Assembly (NCBI GenBank): GCA_963817265.1
Contig: CAWFNU010000017.1
Span: 10,511 to 74,510, forward strand
Length of the DNA: 64,000 bases
Direction of reading: 5' to 3'
Origin: an uncultured Chloroflexia bacterium
GTDB taxonomy: Bacteria; Chloroflexota; Anaerolineae; Anaerolineales; Villigracilaceae
Shown: piece after piece, positions 34,077-43,840 of the stretch
Layout: each line of letters opens with the position of its first letter
Position numbering within the stretch: the first letter of the stretch is position 1
Program-made: the position numbers and the translations under genes
Notes under the pieces: generated by a model
What the model was told of the DNA's origin: nothing
What the model saw: only the letters and a program-made list of their open reading frames with translations
The model's database searches: none

Positions 34077-35392
34077 ATGGAGGCTAAAATGATTCTGCAC
34101 GAGAAACTCTCAGCTCAACTTCCCGCCTGGCGGGAACGTGTCAAGACACTTGTCAAGGAACATGGCGATAAAGTCATTGACCAGGTGACCATCGGCCAGG
34201 TATACGGCGGGATGCGCGACATCAAGTCCATGGTGACGGATATCTCATTCGTGGACCCAGCTACCGGGATCAAATTCCGGGGCATGTCCATTCCTGAAGT
34301 GTTGGAGAAACTACCCAAGCCAGATGGAGCAGCCATCCCCTACGTTGGTGGGCTTTTTTATCTCCTGCTCATTGGTGAAATCCCCACCAAGGCCCAGGCC
34401 GAAGAAGTGGAAGCTGAATGGGCGAAACGATCGCCCATCCCAGCCCATGTCTTTACGATGCTGCGGGCCATGCCCAAGAGATACGCACCCGATGGTGTTG
34501 TTCTCGCAGGCGGTGCTGGCATTACAGAGTGGTTCGAAGTTTAACAAGGCCTATCATGCTGGCGTCAAGAAAGATATGTACTGGGAATCGACCCTGGAAG
34601 ATGCTCTCGACCTGACCGCCAAATTACCAACCATTGCGGCATTCATCTACCGATTGAAATATGGTGACGGCAAGAGAACCCAAATACGATCCAAAACTGG
34701 ATTATGGCGCCAACTTTGCCAAGATGCTGGGCGTAAAGGATCAGAAGGGTTATGCAGAACTCTCCCGTCTGTACTTCATCCTGCATTCAGACCATGAGTC
34801 TGGCAATGTCAGCGCCCACACCACGCACCTGGTTGGTTCAGCACTCTCGGATGCATATTATGCCTTCTCAGCCGGTCTCAACGGCTTGGCTGGACCGTTA
34901 CACGGTCTTGCCAACCAGGAGTGCCTGGGCTGGTTGATCGACGTGCGCGATAAGTTTGGCGGCGTTCCACCCCGCGAAGATCTGTACAAGTTTGCCTGGG
35001 ATACACTAAATGGTGGCAAAGTCATCCCCGGTTACGGGCACGCAGTCCTGCGCGTCACCGATCCGCGCTTCACCGCACAACTGGAATTTGCCAAAGCACG
35101 CTTCCCGGAAGATACACTCATCCGGCTGGCGGAACTGGTCTATGATGTGGTTCCGGCGGTGCTCAAGGAACAAGGCAAAGCCAAGAATCCAGCTCCCAAT
35201 GTGGATGCCATCTCCGGCACGCTGCAGTATTATTATGGCGTCCGCGAGTTTGACTTCTACACGGTGTTATTCGGAGTTGGACGTGCCCTGGGTGTGATGC
35301 CCAACCTGGTTTGGGCGCGGGCTTTGGGTCAACCCATCGAGCGACCCAAGTCCCTGACGACGGCGATGCTGGAAGAATTGGCAAAGAAGTAA
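34077..35392 (+). pseudogene. gltA: citrate synthase (type I, eukaryote-like), two frameshifts (~34470, ~34670)
   Basis: Pieces lie in track ORFs 34077..34544, 34324..34797 and 34661..35392. Motifs are [37 protein letters not shown] and NVD. Confidence 0.92.
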
Positions 35393-35450
35393 GTCAGCTG
35401 ATTTTCACGCTTAGGTAGCAGATGCATAGGTTGGAATTGATTCGAAAAAA

Positions 35451-35490
35451 GCTTCCGAAATCGTCATGATTTCGGAAGCATTTCTGTTAT
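35451..35490. terminator. bidirectional terminator between gltA (+) and mgsA (-)
   Basis: 12-bp stem gcttccgaaatc / gatttcggaagc with a 5-nt loop, an A6 run upstream and atttctgttatt downstream. Confidence 0.75.
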
Positions 35491-35504
35491 TAAAGATATA
35501 GATG

Positions 35505-35991
35505 TCAATAAATGTGAATTCTATTTCGTTCAATTAATCCATCGGATCGACGGTTGGCGGCATATCTTTCCAGATCCGGAGTAGGATGCTCATACTCCTC
35601 CCCCATCAAGGGGAGAGGAAATAATGAAATCCGCAGTGGACCGGTTGCAGGCAGTGGGGATGTTGTAGAGCACAGCCAGGCGCAGCAGAGCCTTGATATC
35701 GGGATCATGGGGTTGAGGTTCAAGGGCGTCCCAGAAGAAAATCAGCATATCAATCGTATCCTCGGCGATAGCAGCGCCGGTTTGCTGGTCACCTCCCAGG
35801 GGACCGGAAAAGAAGCGGGTGATCGGGAGATCCAGTTCCCTGCGAGAACAGGTCGCCGGTCGTCCCTGTGGCAAAAAGAAATGGCGTGATAATGTCTCGC
35901 GGTTGAAGCAAGCCCAGTCTAGCAGTTCGGCTTTTTTATTGTCGTGAGCCACCAGGGCAATGCGTTTTCTTTCAGCAATTACTTTCATCAT
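35505..35991 (-). pseudogene. mgsA: methylglyoxal synthase, at least 3 frameshifts (two of them mutually compensating)
   Basis: Track ORF 35590..35991 gives IALVAHDNKK..SGPLGGDQQ..IDMLIFFWD..PHDPDIKALLRLAVLYNIP. The expected ATGTTG motif appears only in an alternative frame (FATGTTGDLFS, ~35839-35877). The C-terminus continues in track ORF 35505..35723 (..SSPLMGEEYEHPTPDLERY..). Confidence 0.88.
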
Positions 35992-36069
35992 CGAGCCTCC
36001 TTTTAAGACTTTATGGCGCGCGTGGCGATGTAAGCCGGGTGATATTTACTGAGAGGTGAATCTGGGCAA

Positions 36070-36788
36070 TCATCTTCGTAAAAACCGGTGATGGACAAAC
36101 CCGGCATCGGTTTGACCAGCGATCAGATCTGTGAGGCTATGACCAAATTCGAGTGGAATGCCTTCTTCGATACAGATGTCCAATTCTTCCGGTTCCATGT
36201 CTTTCAGGTCGGAATACGGAATGGCGTATCTTACCTGCAAAGCTTTCTGTTCGTCTGCATGCGTTCCAAACATGTAATAGACCGGGTTGGCAAAACCAGC
36301 CAGCAGCAACGCCGCCATGCCGAAGGACGCGAAAGGCTTCCTGCCAGACCGGGCGAACTTCGGGACAGAAGACATTGGAGACCGGATGGAAGACCAGGTC
36401 GAAGGTTTCGTCCGAAAAAGCAGACAGGTCGCGCATGTCCCCTTCGACTGTGCGGATTTTCAATCCTTCACGAGCGGCCACCTGGCGGTCACGCTCCAAT
36501 TGCGCGGGAGAATTGTCAAAGATGGTGACATTGGCTCCAAGCGCAGCGAATACCGGACCCTGTTGCCCACCTCCACATGCCAAGACCAAGCAGGTCCAGA
36601 CCCCTGGAAAGGTGGGAACCAATCGCTTGGCACGGGTTTGGTTTCGGTCAACAAGACGGAGAAATCCCCTACCGGGCTGCAGCGATGGTTTGCGGATCCA
36701 CCGGGATGGTAAATTTATTGTTTTTATCCACCTGCCGGTTCCAAGCATAGCGATTGTAATCGCGGACATTGAGGGTTGGTTTGGGCAT
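36070..36788 (-). pseudogene. class I SAM-dependent methyltransferase, at least 3 frameshifts
   Basis: Own translation of the N-terminus gives MPKPTLNVRDYNRYAWNRQVDKNNKFTIPVDPQTIAAAR (GGAG RBS). Track ORFs 36460..36654, 36137..36820 (motif I VLACGGGQQGPVFAALGANVTIFDNS; DLVFHPVSNVF) and 36070..36375 (LLLAGFANPVYYMF..) continue it. Confidence 0.75.
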
Positions 36789-36871
36789 AATTTTCTCCGG
36801 TGGATATTATACACCGGCAAAAAATCCCCCGCGAGGGAACCCGCGGGGAATGGTTTTCTGAATTCAAAGTG

Positions 36872-38023
36872 TTATTTTGTTGGTGTGGCGACTGGTCCAG
36901 CACCGCTCCAACCAAAGACCCGCATTACAGAAGCTGCCCCGGCAGTTGACCAGATTGGATTTCCCTGATCATCGGTACCTGTCTGGCGAACGGCGACCAC
37001 CCACCAACGCATGATTGGGAATTGTTGTCCTGCGGTCGGAAGGTTACCGGGACGATGAATTTGGTATCGGTAACGTATTCGAGTCAAGTTTCGTCCGGTA
37101 CCACCGGTGACGACTTCCACAATTACCTGATAGCGTTCATTATCACGCAGAGCACCCACCGAAGCCCATTGCAGGGTCACAGTGTCGGTCGCAAGGGTAA
37201 ACGTATCACCGTTGGCGGGCAGAAGCAGGTTGGGGGCCGGATAAGGAGGCGGTGTGGTTGGTGTGGGTGAGGGACCGGCGTGGCAGCACGCATGCACAAG
37301 CGGAATGATCAACTGGGTATCGGTAAAGACATTATCTGTGCTCAACCCGTTCCAATCTTTGATGGCTTGCATCGAAACGCCATAACTAGTGGCAATCGTG
37401 CTAAGAGTGTCGTTGGCCTGGACAGTATAGTAGCAGTCTGGCAGGCAGCGCGGGTTGCAGCAGCCGGATTCCAGGGTCGCGGTAGGGTGGCGGTGGAGGT
37501 GTGGGCGTTGGACGTGGCACCAGGATGGTTTGTCCGACTTGCAGATCAGTGCAGTTGCTGTTCAGGTTATTTAAACTGACAATGGCTGGCACGGAGGAAC
37601 CAATACAAGCTGGCAATGGAAATGCACGAATCTCCCGCCTTGACAATATATTCATCGGCGGTTCAGGGGTAAGGGTGGGAGTCTCGGTTGGGATAAGAGT
37701 CTCAGTCGGTGTGGGTGTGATCGTGACCGTATCAGTGGGGCTGGGAACAGGCGGTACTATCCGGGAGCTTTCCGGTGCCTTTCAATGTGACGAACAAGAG
37801 CCAGTGCACCAACAACCAGAAAGATTGCCAGCAAGCCCAGCGCTACCGGCAGGCTCAAAGTCACTTCCGGCATACGTGCCCCCTGGACAGTTTTTTCAGA
37901 TTTTGCTTTTTGTTTGGGAGTGGCGCTGAATTCGGTGCCGCATACAACACAGCGAGTGGCATTTTCGGCCAGCCGCGTACCACAGGTGGGGCAGAGTTTG
38001 GTAGGGGTTGTTTCAGGACTCAT
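36872..38023 (-). pseudogene. zinc-ribbon / TM / tandem LysM protein with a C-terminal beta-rich domain, at least 3 frameshifts
   Basis: MSPETTPTKLCPTCGTRLAENATRCVVCG plus a TM helix (LPVALGLLAIFLVVGALAL) in track ORF 37757..38284. LysM-like segments are ..VPAIVSLNNLNSNCTDLQVGQTILVP (37401..37655) and ..YYTVQANDTLSTIATSYGVSMQAIKDWNGLSTDNVFTDTQLIIP (own translation plus 36872..37372). P/T linkers separate the modules. Confidence 0.7.
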
Positions 38024-38170
38024 AGTTCGGGGATTATACCATGAGGAGAATAATCGTGACAAAAGGAGATTATCCGACCATTGCGCATAGGAATATTTGG
38101 AAAAATGTATGTTCATCAATATGTCCAAGCTATAAGCAATGAGAAAGGATCGAGTTTCGTGTGCGTTATA

Positions 38171-39076
38171 ATGTCTCACGTCATGGAGTGACAACTTTGC
38201 TCTATATAAAACCATGCTACTAATTCGCCGGTTCGAAGAACGATTGCTGTCGGAATTCTCGACCGGCAAATTGGTTGGCACCACCCATGCCTATATCGGC
38301 CAGGAAGCAGATGCGGCAGGGATTTTTTCCGTTACAGATGCCAGATGATGTTGTTTTCAGCAACCACCGCTGTCACGGTCACTTTCTGGCTTACGGGGGG
38401 GACCCATATCTCTGGCAGCCGAACTGATGGGAAAAGCAACCGGCCTGGTGGGTGGAAGGGGTGGCAGCCAGCATATCCATTGGCGGAATTTCTACTCGAA
38501 CGGAATCCAGGGTGGAATCAACTCCAGTCGCAACAGGGATGGCGCTTGCTGAGAAAGTCCGCGAAACCGGCAAGATCGTTCTTGTTTTCATCGGTGATGG
38601 AACACTTGGAGAAGGGTACTCTTTATGAGAGCCTGAACATTGCATCACTGTGGAAACTTCCCATCTTTTCGTGCTCGAGGATAATCATTATGCCCAAACA
38701 ACACCGGTCGAAAAAGGTGTGGCTGGTTCCATGTCAGGACGATTTACAGCATTCGGGATTCCAGTCTGGGAACGCGAGTCAACTGACGTCTTGGAAATTC
38801 AATCTGCAGCTTACGAAAGAGTGAATTCGGTCCGCTCAGGAGCTGGACCTGCGAGCTTAATATTGCACACGTATCGTTTCTCTGCCCACAGCAAGGGTGA
38901 CGATCCGCGATCACCCGAGGAACTTGACCGCATTCGCAAGTTCGATCCTTTAAAGTCCAAAGACCACGACTGACGGCTGAAGAGCGCAATAAGCAGAAAC
39001 CGAAGTAACCGACGTAATTAATGATGCCTTTAATCGGGCAGATGCTGATCCCATTCCTCGGTTGGAAATCCGACCC
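38171..39076 (+). pseudogene. TPP-dependent 2-oxoacid (pyruvate/acetoin-type) dehydrogenase E1 alpha subunit, heavily frameshifted; boundaries approximate
   Basis: Hand-stitched across frames: MLLIRRFEERLLSEFSTGKLVGTTHAYIGQEADAAG..DDVVFSNHRCHGHFLAYGGDP..AELMGKATGLVGGRGGSQH..VLVFIGDGTLGEG..YESLNIASLWKLPILFVLEDNHYAQTTP..HTYRFSAHSKGDDPRSPEEL. Only fragments appear in the track (38345..38824, 38650..38973). Confidence 0.75.
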
Positions 39077-40064
39077 ATGCCACAGTGTTGGATCGTCTCT
39101 AAACTACGCCCTACATCACTCCATGGAGAATGATGAGCGTGTCTTATTATCGGAGAAGACATCCTCGATCCATACGGAGGTGCATTCAAGGTGACGCGCG
39201 GACTGTCCACGAAATATCCCGACCGCGTTCTAACCACTCCCATCTCTGAAGCTGCAATTGTCGGCGTGGCGACTGGCATGGCATTGCGTGGTTTGCTCCC
39301 GGTGGTCGAGATCATGTTCGGTGATTTCATGACTCTGATAGCGATCAGTTGGTCAACCATGCCTCCAAGTTCCGCTGGATGTATAACAATCAGGTGCGCG
39401 TTCCAATCGTGGTTCGTACCCCGATGGGTGGAAGGCGAGGTTATGGTCCAACCCACAGCCAATCACTGGAAAAGATGTTCCTGGGTGTACCCGGCTTGAA
39501 AGTAGTTGCTCCCAATACCCTGGGCGATCCAGCCGAAATGCTTGCTGCTGCCATTGCTGATGACGATCCGGTGTTATTTATTGAGCACAAATTATTGTAT
39601 TTGCGCCATTTCTGGAGATGGGAAAAGGGGATCTGATTGATTTTCAAGTGGAACAAACCGGGGAACCATATCCAACTATTCGATTCGAACTACGACCGAT
39701 TCCCGATTGACCATTGCCTGCTACGGTTACAATTTCGAATTAGCCCGAGCAGCTGCACTTGACTTATGATGGAACATGAGATTTTTTCGGAGATCATCTT
39801 TTCTCTCAACTCAGTCCATTTGTAATGGAACCACTATTCTCATCTTTGGAAAGGACGGGGAAATTGCTCACCATCGAAGAAGGGACATTATCTCTTGGCT
39901 GGGGGGCAGAAGTGGCGGCTCGTGCAGTCGAAAGGATGACCGGATTCCAAATCCGGCGGGTGGCTGCGCTCGATTTACCGATTGCCAACGCGAAAAGTTT
40001 GGAAGACATCATCCTTCCTTCAGTGCAGGGTATTGTAAATGCGGCTCTTACTTTTACTTCATAA
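39077..40064 (+). pseudogene. 2-oxoacid dehydrogenase E1 beta subunit, frameshifted; start approximate
   Basis: ..[77 protein letters not shown].. (39191..39499), [68 protein letters not shown] (39349..39636), and the C-terminal domain ..TIEEGTLSLGWGAEVAARAVE.. (39825..40064). Confidence 0.8.
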
Positions 40065-40099
40065 TCATATGATTTACATCGTGTTGCTTGTGGTGAAAA

Positions 40100-40537
40100 A
40101 TGATCAAATCCGAAATCCTCGTCCCTTTGCTTAATGCCAATGAACCAGAAGCAATGGGTTATGAATTCACATAAATGATAGACAAGCCGTTGAAAAAGGT
40201 ACTCTCTTATTTAGATTGAAACCACCAAGGCATCGTCTGATATCGAAGCGTCGGCATCCGGATTCGTCCTGCTGGCGAAAGAAGGCGATATCCTCGCAGT
40301 GGGAGAACGTTTGGCTGTGATCACAGACGCATAGATGAACGAATCGAATTCAAGAACTTTGAAGAAGGCTCCAAACAATTCGGAAACCTCCGTATTACCA
40401 ATCCCGCTCAAAAACTGGCTGAAGTCCTAGAGATAGACATTACCACACTGCCCACTGACCAATTAGTGACGGAAAAGGTAATTCGACAGTATTCTGGGGA
40501 AAAGGAAACCCTTTCCGCGGATTTTCCCATTTCATAA
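40100..40537 (+). pseudogene. lipoyl(biotinyl)-type domain followed by a peripheral-subunit-binding-like segment (E2 N-terminal half without a catalytic core), frameshifted
   Basis: Own translation gives MIKSEILVPLLNANEPEA.., ..VEKGTLLFRLETTKASSDIEASASGFVLLAKEGDILAVGERLAVITDA (the E-T-T-K-A context of the lipoyl-lysine), then DERIEFKNFEEGSKQFGNLRITNPAQKLAEVLEIDITTLPTDQLVTEKVIRQY. It ends at a TAA (~40535) that is in frame with the next gene. Confidence 0.55.
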
Positions 40538-41183
40538 ACGCCATATATTCTCATTTATGGTGCTGGCGGACATGCCAAGTCTGTAATGGAAATGGTAATA
40601 CAAAAAAAAATGTATACAATTGCTGGGATAATCGATGATGATCATCGCTTACAAGGGGAGCCATGTTCTTGGTATTCCAGTATTAGGAACACGAGCATTC
40701 CTTAGTGCGATAATCGAGCGAGGGTGAATCTGGCTGCCAACGGAGTTGGGGGAATAATCGATATTGGGCTACGTAAAAGTATATTTCAACTCCTGGAAAG
40801 CACAGGATTTTCACTTCCTGAGCTTAACCCATCCAAGAGCAACAGTTGAACCTAGTGCAAATATCGAGGATGGCGTGCAAATCTTTGCAAATGCTTATAT
40901 TGGTTCGGAAGCAACCCTACATTCGTGGTGCATGATTAATACCAACGCAGTAGTGTCTCACGATTGTGTGATCGGTCCATATTCTCATATTGCACCCGGT
41001 GCTTTACTGGCGGGGCATGTCCATATTGGCGAGCGGACCCTTATTGGAATGGGAGTGACAACATCGATTGGAGTAAAAATTGGTTCCGGAGTGCGCATAG
41101 GGAATGGCGCAATTATCCTGGCGGATGTGCCGGATAAAATGGTGGTTCAAGCCGGTCGATATTGGGTTGGGAAAGCAAATTAG
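40538..41183 (+). pseudogene. NeuD/PglD-family hexapeptide-repeat (left-handed beta-helix) acyltransferase, frameshifted; no own start codon visible
   Basis: Own translation right after the TAA gives TPYILIYGAGGHAKSVMEMVIQKK.YTIAGIIDDD..VLGIPVLG (NeuD N-terminal domain). Track ORF 40764..41183 gives the LbH repeats (IEDGVQIFANAYIGSEATLHSWCMINTNAVVSHDCVIGPYSHIAPGALLAGHVHIGERTLIGMGVTTSIGVKIGSGVRIGNGAIILADVP). Confidence 0.7.
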
Positions 41184-41195
41184 AATTATAGAAAT

Positions 41196-41225
41196 AAAAG
41201 TGGTCGTCGATGGACGACCACTTTT
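41196..41225. terminator. bidirectional terminator (perfect 13-bp stem)
   Basis: aaaagtggtcgtc-gatg-gacgaccactttt. The A/T runs on both sides serve the convergent genes 40538..41183 (+) and 41251..42084 (-). Confidence 0.8.
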
Positions 41226-41250
41226 ATTATTTCTTGACTTCTTTGTTAAC

Positions 41251-42084
41251 TTAAATGGTGGCTTGCAGCCAAGTATTCAGGTCATTGAACATCGTGAGAC
41301 GTTCCGGCTCATTGTGTACTTCATGGAACAATCCTTCATAAATCTTGAGGGTTTTGTTTTTGGAACTGACCTTATCATAAAGGAGCTTTGCGCCAGTGGG
41401 GTCGACGATCCGGTCTGCACTCCCCTGCAGAATGAATAGTGGTATGGAGATTTTGGCTCCCTCTTCATTCACTCGTATCATGGCACGCAGCATTCCCGCT
41501 GAAATACAAGCTGTAATTTTGCCATGGAAGACTAACGGATCATTGTTGTAGGCAGCAACAACCTCAGGATCATGCGACAGGCTGGATGTGTCCAGTGCCA
41601 GAATACCTGTCCTGGGCGCGACCGCAGAAAGGACCTTGCCCAGGGTAATCGTTATTTGTGAAATGTTTTCCGGGATTTTTACAGGCGGAGCAGATATGAT
41701 TGCTCCCTTGAAACTTGCTTGATGGTCGAGCAAGTGGAACAAGGTAATAAGTGCTCCCAGACTATGGCCGTAAATAAAGACCGGTTTTCCTGGGTGTCGG
41801 TCTGGGATCATCTCAAAATAAATTTGGACCGGCTCGGTGAAATCTTCAAAGCGCTTGATGAATTCCCGTTCACCGCTTGATTTTCCGTGCCCAATATGAT
41901 CGAATCCGTAGACTGCATAACCAAGCGGAACGAAGTGGTCAACTACGTTTATATACCTTCCGCAATATTCTCCCACCCCATGGACGATCAAGATAATTGC
42001 TTTTTCATCTCCTTCAGGGAGCCAGGCCTGGTAATAATTGCTCGAATTGCGAACCCCATTAAAATTGCCGTCTTTCCGATTCAT
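41251..42084 (-). CDS. alpha/beta hydrolase (lysophospholipase / monoacylglycerol-lipase type)
   Basis: The track ORF runs to 42132. The ATG at 42084 (MNRKDGNFNG) has AGGAG upstream and avoids overlap with the upstream gene. HGVGEYCGRY, nucleophile elbow GHSLGA, and C-terminal D and H (GLFHEVHNEPE). Confidence 0.8.
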   Translation of the reverse strand: MNRKDGNFNGVRNSSNYYQAWLPEGDEKAIILIVHGVGEYCGRYINVVDHFVPLGYAVYGFDHIGHGKSSGEREFIKRFEDFTEPVQIYFEMIPDRHPGKPVFIYGHSLGALITLFHLLDHQASFKGAIISAPPVKIPENISQITITLGKVLSAVAPRTGILALDTSSLSHDPEVVAAYNNDPLVFHGKITACISAGMLRAMIRVNEEGAKISIPLFILQGSADRIVDPTGAKLLYDKVSSKNKTLKIYEGLFHEVHNEPERLTMFNDLNTWLQATI

Positions 42085-42106
42085 TCGTCTCCTTTGGATA
42101 ACCTTA

Positions 42107-42940
42107 TTAAATCGTATTAGCGAGAAAATCATGATGTTTCACCCGCATACCTCTTTCCGCGGTTTTCAATAGCCAAGTCTTCAATTCAGGGATATTTTCA
42201 CTTAATCGGGCAGCTGCGATGACGGGTAACCAGCAACGATATTCTTTTTCCCCTCCAGGTCGCAGTAGAAAATACGTGCGAAGATAAACCGAATGGAATA
42301 ACTTAACAAGAATCTTCATTGGGAATTGGGGGATTTGAGGGCTGGCTGTTGCTCCTAGGATAATGATTGAGGTACGAGCGAGATCAGCAAGTGGATTCCC
42401 TAGCGATGCGTCAATCCAATCGATGATAATGGTATGTTTGGGTGATAGCAGTATATTACCTGGATGAAAGTCACCATGACAAATTGAATCCCCTATAGGC
42501 AGGTCGGAAAAAGCGGTGAGAAAATATTTCTTAAGTGATTCTGACAGGCAGTTTCCTCTACGTAGTTTATTTTCTAGTCTGTGGTGCTGCAGGGGGAGAT
42601 CGGGTCGAAGTGCATTGGCGTGCATATTTGAATGTAAACGGGCAGTATTTTCTGCGAGTGAGATTACCCTCCAGGGCTGTTTTTGCATAACCTCCCACAT
42701 ATTTTGTCCCCCTATGCGTTCGTACAAAAGTCCATTTCGTCCATTAACGTTCAAGATGTCTCCCACTGCGGGTACCGGTAATCCTGATTCATGGACATGC
42801 TTTGCGATCTTTTGCTCAAATTTAATGTCCTCCAATTCAAACCAATTATGGAACAATTTGAGCACCCATCCATCGTTCCAGGAGTAAATCTCAGCAGTGC
42901 GTCCGATCGCAATAGGCTTGCCCAGATCTGTTGAGATCAT
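42107..42940 (-). CDS. phosphotransferase-family kinase (APH / choline-kinase fold)
   Basis: The track ORF runs to 43027. The start at 42940 (MISTDLGKPIAIGRTAEIY) overlaps the upstream stop (ATGA). Catalytic loop HGDFHPGNILL and IIDWIDASLGNPLADL. Confidence 0.75.
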   Translation of the reverse strand: MISTDLGKPIAIGRTAEIYSWNDGWVLKLFHNWFELEDIKFEQKIAKHVHESGLPVPAVGDILNVNGRNGLLYERIGGQNMWEVMQKQPWRVISLAENTARLHSNMHANALRPDLPLQHHRLENKLRRGNCLSESLKKYFLTAFSDLPIGDSICHGDFHPGNILLSPKHTIIIDWIDASLGNPLADLARTSIIILGATASPQIPQFPMKILVKLFHSVYLRTYFLLRPGGEKEYRCWLPVIAAARLSENIPELKTWLLKTAERGMRVKHHDFLANTI

Positions 42941-43833
42941 AAATACGCCCGGACAAATTCCCCGATTTTTTCTATGGCCTGATGCGATTCGGGAACATAG
43001 GGCGCAAATCCCTGGAAAACATGCCACATCCCTGCCCAGGTTTCCATGGTGACGTTTACACCTGCTTCATGCGCTTTTTGTTCCAATCGGAAAGAATCAT
43101 CAAAAAGGATCTCTTCCGAACCGACCTGGATAAAAGTGGGAGGAAGTTTGTGGAGATCGGCAAAGAGGGGAGATATGTAAGGGTGGGTCAATGGAAGACC
43201 ATTGGCGTATATCTTTACCAGCCAGCTGTCATCGTTCAATTGCAGGAGCGGGTCCCGGTTTGCTCGCTTCTGAATGGATTCTCCTGAGAATGTCAGATCG
43301 GTCCAGGGGGAAAGTAAAAATAAAGCAGCAGGCATTTTTTCCTGATGATCGCGGAGGGATAGTGCCGTTGCGAGGGAAAGTCCTCCACCAGCCGAATCAC
43401 CCCCAATTGCGATATGCTCGGGCGAGAAACCTTTTTCCAGAAGCCAGCGATAAGCATTAAGCGCATCGTCCAGCGCGGCAGGGAATGGGTTTTCAGGGGC
43501 GAGTCGATAATCGATCAACAAAAGACGTGCTTGGCTTGCCCTGGCAATATTTCCAGCGAGTCCACGATGGGTGGAGGGGGAACAGATCACATAAGCACCA
43601 CCATGCAGGTAAAGAATGGCGCGCCCGGAAACAACATCGTCTGGCTCGATCCATTCAGATGGGACTCCATTTGCCGAAACTGATGTGAGACAGACCCCGC
43701 GTGGTACACGAATGGCACGCCTGGCTGCTGAGTCGATCCTTCTGCGGCGGACCTGAACCGGAAGATTACCTAACAACGCGTCTTTTGTGTCCCGCATGAT
43801 GCGCTGAACTATTCGGCTTCGAAAGCTCGCCAC
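42937..43833 (-). CDS. alpha/beta-hydrolase fold-3 (hormone-sensitive-lipase-like) esterase
   Basis: YLHGGAY (HGG oxyanion motif), nucleophile elbow GDSAGG, and C-terminal D/H (..GMWHVFQ). Confidence 0.82.
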   Translation of the reverse strand: MASFRSRIVQRIMRDTKDALLGNLPVQVRRRRIDSAARRAIRVPRGVCLTSVSANGVPSEWIEPDDVVSGRAILYLHGGAYVICSPSTHRGLAGNIARASQARLLLIDYRLAPENPFPAALDDALNAYRWLLEKGFSPEHIAIGGDSAGGGLSLATALSLRDHQEKMPAALFLLSPWTDLTFSGESIQKRANRDPLLQLNDDSWLVKIYANGLPLTHPYISPLFADLHKLPPTFIQVGSEEILFDDSFRLEQKAHEAGVNVTMETWAGMWHVFQGFAPYVPESHQAIEKIGEFVRAYL

Positions 43834-43840
43834 AATACTC

